Positions 1 through 9,100 of a stretch of DNA of 33,365 nt are shown piece after piece. The stretch is from assembly GCA_002104905.1 (NCBI GenBank), contig MCFE01000820.1, forward strand, positions 1-33,365, in the 5' to 3' direction. The notes beneath the pieces are model-generated. The model had not been told where the DNA came from. It did not search any database and was given only the letters and a program-made list of their open reading frames with translations. The position numbers were made by a program, and so were the translations under genes. Origin of the DNA: Basidiobolus meristosporus CBS 931.73. Its lineage: Eukaryota > Fungi > Basidiobolomycota. Position 1 is the first letter of the stretch; each line of letters opens with the position of its first letter.

Positions 1-463
1 CAACTTAACATTGCATTGCTTGATTGATCACCCATGCATTGGGGCTGCTTAGCTTCTTATTGCCAAAGGCATAGAAGTATCCATGTGCACATGTGTGCTC
101 AGGTTCTCCCAACTCTTCTTAGCTGTCCTCCATGTGCCAACTCATCACACCCATGATGGACCTCAGGGCAACATTCTTGATGAGATTGGGATCTGGTAGT
201 ACTTGCAACTTGACTTGTCTTACTATCCCCTTAGACATCTGCTCTTCAGGAAACTCCAAAAGGTGAAGAGAGCTCTGATATTCTCCACTCACCATGTAAG
301 ATGGGGTGGAGGATGAACTCAGTAGCAGCAGAGATCTATATTTTACAGTGTTATGCTTGTGGTATAGCCACTCAAATCCCACTACAAACTCCCTGCATAA
401 AAGCCATAGATGTACTTTGTTGGCATTGGTGATCCATTTTGAAATAATTATTACCACAATATC
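1..463 (-). pseudogene. CACTA-like transposase C-terminal remnant (DUF4218-like region), oldest copy
   Basis: ORF 119..487 (LLCREFVVGFEWLYHKH...HLLEFPEEQMSKGIVRQVKLQVLPDPNLIKN) is paralogous to 6440..6838; it continues at 813..941 across the LTR insertion. Confidence 0.8.
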
Positions 464-812
464 TGTTGTAAAAACTTGTACTTCCACCTAAATATTCACA
501 TAACTTAGTCACTTAGATCATTACCTTCATATCCTAGAGAATACTGACCAAACTCCTTGTCAGGATTTACTTAGAATATTTTCACCAAAATTCCAGGTAC
601 CCAGAACATGAAAATTTGATAAGTTGTCCAAGCAGCCCCAAACTTTGCACACATATTCTTTGGACCTTCCATAACCTATTCTATGTGTTTGTAATGCCAC
701 AACCAGGTAGAAGTATAAATACTACTTTTACATTCAATAAATCATTAAGTGAAAACCACATAAGCTACTTGTTCTCCCAATCACTTCTAATATCTCCAAG
801 ACTCTTACAACA
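464..812 (+). mobile_element. Ty1/copia family A LTR (349 bp), solo or hybrid, flanked by ATATC on both sides
   Basis: TGTTGT...TTACAACA termini; ATATC at 459-463 and 813-817; GTATAAATAC TATA box; homologous to the 3' LTR at 11335-11683. Confidence 0.9.
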
Positions 813-941
813 ATATCAACATTTGACTCCCAATGCTTTCAGTGTACTCTGGGTAAAAATTGCTCCAGAAGGCCACCTGAATAAGTACATATCCAGCTCA
901 TCCAGTTCAGGTATTTGTATTGTTGCTTATGTGTATCAATA
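813..941 (-). pseudogene. CACTA-like transposase fragment (QQYK..WMSWICTYS region)
   Basis: Reverse complement matches 5040-5111 plus 6356-6400; near-identical to 11684-11811. Confidence 0.8.
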
Positions 942-1069
942 ACACTCTCTGATCCTGGACACTCTATTGCCTCCTACATTTGTGTGAATTGATTGGCTAT
1001 TGCCTCTTTTTCACACTCCTTACTTCCTGACTCAACCATATCTCTTACTTTTCATGCGTACAAAATGAT

Positions 1070-1725
1070 TTATTTCTGTTGAAACTTCAGTTGTACCTCA
1101 ATTGCCAATTGTATTGACCTATACAAGTCTCTATACCATACACTAACATTAAGCCCAACCCCACACTCAACAAGTAGCTCCATTAAAATCCTCCACTCAA
1201 TAAGTATTTCTGCTGTAACGCTCTGGTTCCACAACATTGGCAGGAAGCCAATGGCTTTATGCCACCGTTCATTCACTGGTTCCCACACATCCTGGTCTTC
1301 AGCTGGCACTGCAAGGTCTAGCTCCTCATCTGCCAGTCTTTGCAATAAATCCTTGCAATATTCCAGTGTGTATTCTTGAGCACTGCTCTTGAAGAAGTGC
1401 TGCAACCTCTTGGTGTACCTATTAATGTTCCAAAACTCCACTGAAGGCATTGTGATTGTCTTTCAAGCTCTTGAGGTTGTAGCCTTGTCTGTCAGTGGGA
1501 TCTCCACTCTGTCAACAATGGAGGCTGTGGAGGCTGTGGTAGACAAATTGCCTTTTCAGCAAACTCATCCACCTTGCTGGAGTGTAGCTCAACTGGCTGC
1601 ACTTCCAACTCTTGTGAAAACAGCTGTTTTCTTGTTGGTATTTCTTCTTGGCTATGATGGGATTTAGTCTGTTCCTGGCTTGCAGCATTAATTGGCAAGA
1701 ACTGCAGTTTTTTTTGCATGCCTTC
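1070..1725 (-). pseudogene. Disrupted C-terminal part of the accessory gene
   Basis: ORFs 1492..1719 and 1070..1450 are joined in one frame with the upstream repeat region in the paralog ORF 12625..13161; here they are broken by TAG (CAG in the paralog), a 1-bp frameshift and a TGA. Confidence 0.7.
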
Positions 1726-3138
1726 CTATCTCAGTCTTGGGTGGACATTTTTCCCTTTACCTTTTCCTTTATCACTGCCAGGCCTTTCACTGCTACTTTG
1801 TCTAAGTGCTTCTTGTAAAGAACTACGTTTTCTCCTGGATAAATTCTGCTCTGACACATCTGTTTTGGCCTGCTTGTCCCTTGCTGGCACTCTTCTGGCA
1901 ACCTGATGTTTCTTTTCAGCTTGTTTTGAGCTCTCAACCTTAGTTGTGACAGGCTCCTGTAAAAGCGGCTGGTTTTTATCACTGCCAGGTCCTTCACTGC
2001 TACTTTGACTGGGTGCTTTGTGAGTGGTACTACGCTTTTTACTTGATAAATGTTGTGCTGGTGCATCCATGTCTGCCTGCTTGTCCTTAATTGGCACTCT
2101 TCCAGCTGCCTGACATCTCTTTGATGCTTGTCTGGAGCGTTTGGCCCTGCTTGTAACAGGCTCTTGAGGAAGCCACTGGTTTTTAGCCATGGCACCCTTG
2201 CTATTCTGCCTTTGATAGTTTCTGCTATTCTTAAGATACTTTCTTAGCATACCAATGCTGGCCCAAAATCTGTTTGCCTGTTTGAATCCAGGATAATGCT
2301 TGAGGAACAAGTCAAGTGCATTCTGCTTGGCCTTGAGTTCCTGATGGTCCCATGGTATACTGGCCTTAAGGTGATGGCATACTAGACTTCTGATGGCCTC
2401 TTGTATATTAGCCCACTCTTCATTATTGCACTCAAAGGCTTCACAGATCTTCAATGTCTTTTGATTTTTAGGCTCAGGTATAAACGCCATGTTGTCTCTC
2501 TCCCATGTTGCAATAGGTTTTTCTGTGGGCTTTATTTTTGTGCACTGTTGTTGTGCTTCAAAGACTGTATGGTGTTCCTCTGCTGTTACATCAGGAAATG
2601 ACTCAATTCTTGGCTGTGACATTGAGCTACTTGAGTTCCTTCTTTGCAGCAAAGATACTGCTTTCTCTACCTGGGATATTGATTGCTCTACACGTATTAT
2701 CTGCTCATCCTGTTTCTGGACTACTTCCTGATTTTTCTGGGCCATTGCATCTATCCTATCAGCCACTGCACCTAATTGCTTCATTAATGCTTTGGTATGA
2801 GCTGACAACATACTTGCTAATATGGGTGGTGGTGATGTTATCATGGCCACTTGCTGATCTTCAACTGAGGGTACTGTGTTTGCTACATTCTCATCTGCCT
2901 GAGCATAATGGTCAGCTTGTGGCTCCACAGAAGTTCTCAATTGCCTACTTGACTGAGAGCCTGAGGAGTTCACATAATTACCTTGAATGGGCACACTGTC
3001 CGCAGGGCCTTTTTTGGATGTAGCCCTGCTTGTTGCACTGAATGTCAAAGCAAGCTGTTGTCCAACCGATCTTCTGTTGCCATCAGCAGTGGGGTTTGGT
3101 TGAGAACCAGACAACTTTGCTTTATTTTTTGGTGGCAT
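1726..3138 (-). CDS. 470-aa transposon accessory protein of unknown family (coiled coil, helical W-rich domain, basic 69-aa repeats)
   Basis: Long open frame; decayed paralog at 12333-14380; heptad-like segment LSAHTKALMKQL...SLLQRR; domain EEWANIQEAIRSLVCHHLKASIPWDHQ...YPGF...FWASIGMLRKYLKNSR. Confidence 0.7.
   Translation of the reverse strand: MPPKNKAKLSGSQPNPTADGNRRSVGQQLALTFSATSRATSKKGPADSVPIQGNYVNSSGSQSSRQLRTSVEPQADHYAQADENVANTVPSVEDQQVAMITSPPPILASMLSAHTKALMKQLGAVADRIDAMAQKNQEVVQKQDEQIIRVEQSISQVEKAVSLLQRRNSSSSMSQPRIESFPDVTAEEHHTVFEAQQQCTKIKPTEKPIATWERDNMAFIPEPKNQKTLKICEAFECNNEEWANIQEAIRSLVCHHLKASIPWDHQELKAKQNALDLFLKHYPGFKQANRFWASIGMLRKYLKNSRNYQRQNSKGAMAKNQWLPQEPVTSRAKRSRQASKRCQAAGRVPIKDKQADMDAPAQHLSSKKRSTTHKAPSQSSSEGPGSDKNQPLLQEPVTTKVESSKQAEKKHQVARRVPARDKQAKTDVSEQNLSRRKRSSLQEALRQSSSERPGSDKGKGKGKNVHPRLR
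1765..2178 (-). repeat. Two tandem in-frame 207-bp (69-aa) repeats
   Basis: QWLPQEPVTS...SSSEGPGSDKN / QPLLQEPVTT...SSSERPGSDKG; ATCACTGCCAGG at 1771 and 1978. Confidence 0.9.
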
Positions 3139-3569
3139 ATATATGTAAGTGAATCAAACCAAAGGGGAAATAGTGTTACATATACATGTGTATGTGGTGC
3201 CACAACTTTATTTAAAATGCTTACTATGGCAGGTCATCATTGAATCTTACATTCATGTAGGTACAATGTCTCAAATACAAGACTGTCTTAAGTTCACATG
3301 AGTATTGACCAAAAAGTGATATAATAGCGTACGTTGTTGAAGGTCAAACTGTTTGCCCCATGGACAAGTCTACTTTGACTCAACGCCGTAAGAGAAGAGA
3401 AAAAAGACCATGTGGCTATTGCGGCAAGCCTCTCAGTCATGAAGCACACAGACAGCATAGGAAGTATTACAAGGATCACAGCCAATGCTTTGCCACCCAA
3501 GTCATATTAGACCATTCATTGGTCACTACTGTACCAACATGATCTTGCCAGCCAGTTGATACTTCTATA

Positions 3570-4985
3570 TTGGCACCCGGCCGTCTTTGTAACCTTGCGC
3601 AAACTGAGTCAGGAGGTTTTTTGATGCCTTTAGGCTCACCTCAGCCTTCTGAATATGGCATGCAGAGTGATAGCTCTGACAAAGAAGGTTCACTGATGGA
3701 TTTTGAGCCTATCTCCCCTAACAACAGTACCACGTATGGGCCTGGTCAAATCCTTATATGCATTGAGACAACACCTGTTGAAACAAATGTGAAGGATACT
3801 TTATGGAGCCAAGTGAGCCCAGTAATCCATCTACTGGTGAATGATGTAATGTTGTGGCTAGAGAAGTGGTGTGTTTCCACTAATATTAGTAATGGGGGCT
3901 TTGAGGATTTACTACTACTTCTTGCCAATATCATACCGGGATGCAACTTACCATCTACGTGGTGCAAGTGGACAACTGTCATGCGGCTGGCAACATATGA
4001 TCCAGAGACTGTCCTGATTCCAGCATGTGTTAACAGTTGCATGGCATTCACATCCAAAAATGCTACCATTGCAATGTGTCCAAATTGTCAGGAATCCACA
4101 ACCATTGAGAGAAAACATTGTTCACACTCTGGATATATTCCGGTCATACCCTGTCTGAGGAAGCTGATGCAGTCCAACAAATATTGCAAAGCTATACAGT
4201 ACTGCACTCAGTATCAATCAAGTGCAAACATATCCAATATATTTGATGGCAAACATTACAAACAGCTAAGAAGCAAGGGCTACTTTGAAGGTATGTATGA
4301 CCATGCCTTTGCTTTAGCACTTGATGGATTCTCATTAAACAAGTACTCTACCAGCAAATCCTGCTGGCCACTGATTCTCATCAATCTGAATCTGCCACCC
4401 ATCTTACGGTATCAGAGCAATAATCTGATGGTAGTCTCACTGGTATCTGGGCCTAAATCACCATCCAACCTGGATAGCTACCTGTATCCATTGCTGGATG
4501 AATTTTGTATGCTTTCCAGCAGGATAATGGTAAATGGCCGTCATGTAAAAGCACATTTTATTATCTGCATTGGAGATACCCCAGCCATCAGCAAGATAGC
4601 AGGTTTTTCCAGGTGCAATGGACGGTATTGCTGTCAAATGTGTGAGATCCAGGAGATTTACTCCATAACTCACACACATTATTATTACCCAAACACCAGC
4701 ACTAAGAACATCATCTTTCCACAGAGAGAATGTACAGAAGTAAGTATGCAATTGCAGCAAAGTTGGCAAGCTATACGCCATTGGCCAGAATATGGAATCA
4801 ATTGGAAACCAGAGATACTTAAGATAGAGGGTATCTGTTGGGGCAAAAGCTTTCCACTGGGAGCAATGCATTTGCTTTTCAACAATATCCCTATACTGAT
4901 GACCAGGTTGTACATGGGGCATTTCAAGCTAAATGAGCCCTTTGAGATACCAGAGAAATTTGAAAAAATTGGCAAGATATTATAG
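3570..4985 (+). CDS. Largest open segment (471 aa) of the CACTA-like transposase
   Basis: Contains the first two catalytic Asp motifs (LDGF, GDTPA) and the CxxC/H motifs. Confidence 0.8.
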   Translation: MAPGRLCNLAQTESGGFLMPLGSPQPSEYGMQSDSSDKEGSLMDFEPISPNNSTTYGPGQILICIETTPVETNVKDTLWSQVSPVIHLLVNDVMLWLEKWCVSTNISNGGFEDLLLLLANIIPGCNLPSTWCKWTTVMRLATYDPETVLIPACVNSCMAFTSKNATIAMCPNCQESTTIERKHCSHSGYIPVIPCLRKLMQSNKYCKAIQYCTQYQSSANISNIFDGKHYKQLRSKGYFEGMYDHAFALALDGFSLNKYSTSKSCWPLILINLNLPPILRYQSNNLMVVSLVSGPKSPSNLDSYLYPLLDEFCMLSSRIMVNGRHVKAHFIICIGDTPAISKIAGFSRCNGRYCCQMCEIQEIYSITHTHYYYPNTSTKNIIFPQRECTEVSMQLQQSWQAIRHWPEYGINWKPEILKIEGICWGKSFPLGAMHLLFNNIPILMTRLYMGHFKLNEPFEIPEKFEKIGKIL

Positions 4986-5435
4986 AGTATCCACTACCCT
5001 AAGTACTTCTCACAGGCTCCAATTAATATTCATATGCATATGCAACAATACAAATGCAAAGACTGGATGAACTGGATATGTATTTATTCAAGTGGTGTTC
5101 TGAAGCCATTCTGATGTGTTGTATGATGATTAGTTTGGGGCTTGTTCTACAATGTAGAGGCTAATCAACAATATACAACAACTTCCAGTATGCTAATACT
5201 GAAATAGTTTATTGGGAGTTTGATATACCAATAGAAGATATAACTTCCACTAATTTTGTCAATCTTAGGCTCAAAATATACTGTAGGCAGTGTTTGTCAC
5301 TTCTACAGCAGTGTTCTGACCTTCTGTCAACTAATTGGCTTATTTACTTTTATAGTAACTTTTCCTTATTTGGAGGTCACTTTCCTTTCTGAGAAAATGT
5401 TTCCTAATATGGAAATTCTGAACTCCCCATCAACC

Positions 5436-5662
5436 TAAAGGGGTGTGTTGTAGAAGTCTCTAAAGGGGTCTTTAGACCTAAAGGGGTGTCTTAAGGAGTG
5501 TCTTTAGAGTAAAGAGGCTTCTTGTAGTGGTCTCTAAAGTGGACTTTACACTAAAGGGGTGCCTAAAGGGGCTTCTTTAGAGTGAAGGGGTTCTTAAAGG
5601 GGTCTCTAAAGGGGTCTTTAGAGTAAAGGGGTGTCTAAAGGGGTGTCTTTAGAGTAAAGGGG
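5436..5662 (+). repeat. Degenerate tandem array built on a TAAAGGGG core (about 14 copies at irregular spacing of roughly 12-25 bp)
   Basis: TAAAGGGG at 5436, 5461, 5479, 5552, 5564, 5636 and 5655 among others, interleaved with CTTTAGAG. Confidence 0.9.
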
Positions 5663-6007
5663 TTTCTCAGAGAGGACTTTTCCAACAGAAAAGTGGTAGT
5701 TTCTTGTAGAACTTAGATTGGATTCTTGTGAGCTTTGCAGTCTCTTTACTGATGTAGTACTGATCAAAGTCAGAATACTCAACAGTGCAAGTGATGCAGG
5801 GGAAGTCTTATAACCCTTAAACTTGTAACTGTAGTGTGGAGATTCTGGAAAGAGAGGCTCTCTTTTATTTTTCAGCTGGGGAAGTCATATATATGAAAAT
5901 TTTGAAGGATCAAAGTTTTTGGGCAATTGCACAAGCAATACACATGATACAAAGCTAAAATTTTGCAGTAGTGCAGATCAGACATAGGCGCAGCACCTGT
6001 GAAAATT

Positions 6008-6155
6008 TCACGTGATTTGATTGGCTGGCTTGAAAGTTACACGCAATCAAAGTCACCCTAGTAATCCTAGCAATAAGGCATAGTATATATAATAGTTGGA
6101 CTCTTTTGGTCATAACTCCTTAAGTACTGCTTCAAATGAGCTGTAATTTGAAGCA
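6008..6155 (+). promoter_or_regulatory. Promoter-like module: E-box, inverted CCAAT, TATA and downstream hairpin
   Basis: TCACGTGA 6008-6015, ATTGG 6020-6024, TATATATAA 6084-6092, TGCTTCAAAT/ATTTGAAGCA 6128-6155. Confidence 0.5.
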
Positions 6156-9100
6156 TGTGTTGGCTACTACGTGTTCTGTATGACATAATATTCTTGGGTG
6201 GATTGCTTACAGGGTCTGGAGCATTTGTTCTTCAAAGTTTCAAATTCTTGATCTTTCACTTGTGTGTTACAATAGCAAAAAGCAAAATAGCAAAATGAGT
6301 GCAATATTGGTTTAGAGATATTGTAGTAATGAAATACTCTCCATTACCACAATTCCTACCAAGAGTACATTGGAAGCATTGGGAGTCATATGTGAACATT
6401 GTAGGAATATTTATCTAGAAGCAGATCACCAATGCCAACTTGACACATCTACAGCTGTTGTGTGAGGAGTTTGTGAAGGGATTTGAGCAGCTATACTACA
6501 AACATAAAGCTGAGCATGTAGATCACTGCCACTACTGTATCCATTCTCTACTCCATCTTGCTTGGTGTGTGGAGAATATTGGGCCTTGCTTCACCTGTTG
6601 GGAGTTTCCTTTAGAGCGGATGTGTGGGGAGATAGGAAGACAAGTCAAGTTGCAGGTACTACCATACCCCAATCTCATCAAGAATATTACCTTCAAGTTT
6701 GTCATGGATGTGATGAGTTGGCACATGGAGGACAGCCAGAAAGAGTTGGAAAATACTGAGGACAAATGTGCACATGGAGACACCTATGCCTATGGCATTA
6801 AGAAGCTAAGCAGCCCAAATGCGTGGGTAATCAGTTAAGTAATGCAAAGTTGGGTTGGGTGCAACAAGCAACTAATTTTTATCAGGAAAACTACACCCAG
6901 ATATGCCAGATTTCTTGTGGTCACATGCCAACTTCTACACCATTCAATATGGAATTCACACAAACAAAAGCCAGAGTGCACCTATAAGGGGGACTAGAAT
7001 CCAGCAGGGAGAAGGAATATATTGGCTAAATACCAAGAAGTTCTTTGCCAATATTCAGGAGGTATCCATGGCAGAAGTGGCAACAACCAAGCATATGTTT
7101 GCAAGATGTATATGCTATCAGCAGTACAAGGTATATAGCAACTTTGTAAGTATCACACTAAAAAGCTGTAAAGTTGAGGTGATAGAAGAATGTCAATTGC
7201 GGCAGGTGTGCGCATTTGTAGAGGTTAGTAAGCAGGGGGCCATATATTTTTTTGATTTGAACTATATGTGGAATACCCAAGGTAGTAGTTGGTAAGCAAA
7301 TAAAGAAAGGTGATTCTACAGTGGAATATATGAATTGCTTAAGGGGAGGTAGAAAAAGGAAATACCATTTGATAAATTGGTATGGTAGCATTATACAGAA
7401 CCAGTAGCAGGCCATCATACTGCCAAGAAAAAGCCATTGGAGTCTTGCTGTGAGGCCATTAAAATACCATCAAGCTTCTTGCCATATAAGGCAAGTGGAA
7501 GTCCTGGCCAACTGGATCCACTTAAAATAGTAATAGAGCGCTGAGAGACCGCAACAATACCATGAAAATATTGTCACAGCACCTATCAAAAATTGTCAAG
7601 TTTTATCCCTTTATTTGGCTGTAAAGTTTGCAAAACACCGTCATGATCTTGTTATAAGATTGTCAGGAGGGTCACTAATTCCAAGCTACTGTTATTATGA
7701 TGGTCTCTAAATGGGATCTTGACAGATGATCCAGATTGGATCCACCTGCAGGATCAAATTATTGTTCATAGGGAGAATTACCCTGCTGGTAAATGATATG
7801 GAATCTGTGGGCGTACCATCTACTGATGAGGATGTGATAGTTACCATCCTGAATAGCATGACATATGAGTTTCAGGGCCTTGTTTCAGCCCTAGAGTCCA
7901 GAACTGAAGATTTGACCTTAAATTACATATATGGAAGGCTCCTGGATGAAGAATTAAGAAAATCAAGCGCAAATAGGAAGGAAGAAGAAAATGCTTTAAT
8001 AAGCAATGTTAACCAACAAAGGAGGTACCCAAAACCCTACAAAGGCAACAGCAACCTGTTTTGTAACTACTGCAAAATGAAAGGACACACATCAGACTAG
8101 TGTCTCAAAAAGAAAGATAATCCGCAAAAGAAGCCTGAATATGGAAATGCTGCATCAACTGAAGATAGACTATTTATATCTGCACTAGATATGACCACAA
8201 ACAAGGATTCTCAGATGTGGTATATTGACTCTGGAGCATCTCAACACTTTACACACTACAAAGAACTTTTTACCCAATATTAAGATTTTCCAATTAAGAA
8301 GGTTTTCATGGGTGACAATAGAACACTTAATACAGTGGGAGAAGGAACTATCCAAGTAAGCCTAAGAAGCGGTGAAGGAAGCCATACACTGACTTTCAAA
8401 GAAGTACTCTATGTACCAGAAATAGCCAAGAACCTACTATCTGTAAGCAAGGCCACTGGAGAAGGACTCAATTTCAACTTTGACAATTCTGGATGCAAGA
8501 TCACTGATCAAAATGGTGCCCATATTGCTTTGCAAATCAGAGATCAGAATCTATACAAGTTGACTTATATTCCATCATATCTGGAAGCCAATATAAGTAA
8601 CTTACATGAAGAAACACCAATGCTTTGGCACAGGAGATTTGGGCACATCAATTTTGATTATTTGCGCAAAATGATCAAAGATCAGCTAACTTTGGGGGTA
8701 AAGTTGATCCCCCACTAATTTGGAGCACTGTGAAGCCTGCATATATGGGAAACAAGCCAGACAACTGTTCAAGAGCTCTGGGTTAATCAAAACTAAGAAA
8801 AAATCAGATCTAATTCACTCAGATCTGTGTGGACCTATGCAAAATTTATCCTTAGGTGGGATGAAGTATTTAATCACTTTTATTGGTGATTATACAAGAG
8901 ACACATGGGTCTACTTTGTGGAGACAAAGGAAGAAGCTCTGTCTAAGTTTGGGGAGCTTAAAGTCATGGTAGAGAGAGAAACTGGTGAAAAAATCAAGAA
9001 AATATGCTCTGACAATGGTGGAGAATATACCTCAAAACTCTTCATCCACTTCTGCAAAATTCATGGGATAAAGAAAGAGACTACTGTACCATACTCTCCA

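Larger units (their letters stand above)
5112..6351 (+). mobile_element. 1240-bp TG..CA insertion, probable solo LTR of an unidentified family, 4-bp TSD ATTC
   Basis: ATTC at 5108-5111 and 6352-6355; starts TG, ends CA; non-coding; TATA box about 260 bp from the 3' end; removal restores the transposase frame. Confidence 0.7.
3360..7295 (+). pseudogene. CACTA/EnSpm-like DDE transposase (Transposase_21 plus DUF4218-like), interrupted by the 5112-6351 insertion
   Basis: Motifs CVNSCMAF..CPNC, DGKHY, ALDGF, SCWPLILINLNLPP, GPKSP..LDSYL, GDTPA, CCQMC, GAMH, YKCKDW, HSLLHL, WEFPLERMCG; one frame from 3360 with stops at 3540, 4983 and 6416; frame is restored on removing the insertion plus one TSD copy (KPF|LPRVHW). 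Confidence 0.9.
942..7753. mobile_element. CACTA/EnSpm-like DNA transposon copy 1 (left end deleted): accessory gene (-) and transposase (+) head-to-head
   Basis: Transposase motifs plus a divergent ORF; the same arrangement recurs from 11812; candidate right terminus ...CCTGCAGG(A) at about 7753 abuts copia gag. Confidence 0.7.

Noticed and set aside
2401-3243. Plus-strand hydrophobic ORFs overlapping the accessory gene (also 23575-23890 and other antisense ORFs)
   Set aside because: Antisense shadows of K/Q/E-rich coding sequence; not conserved as open frames between paralogs
5519-5529. Reverse-complement CACTACAAGAA resembling a plant CACTA TIR (also CACTACTGCAAAA at 5961-5973)
   Set aside because: No partner TIR or TSD; the first is a variant of the repeat unit and neither lies at a homology boundary
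5436-5662. Array as a CRISPR locus or true telomere
   Set aside because: No unique spacers or cas genes, eukaryotic TE context, irregular unit, and internal to a TSD-flanked insertion
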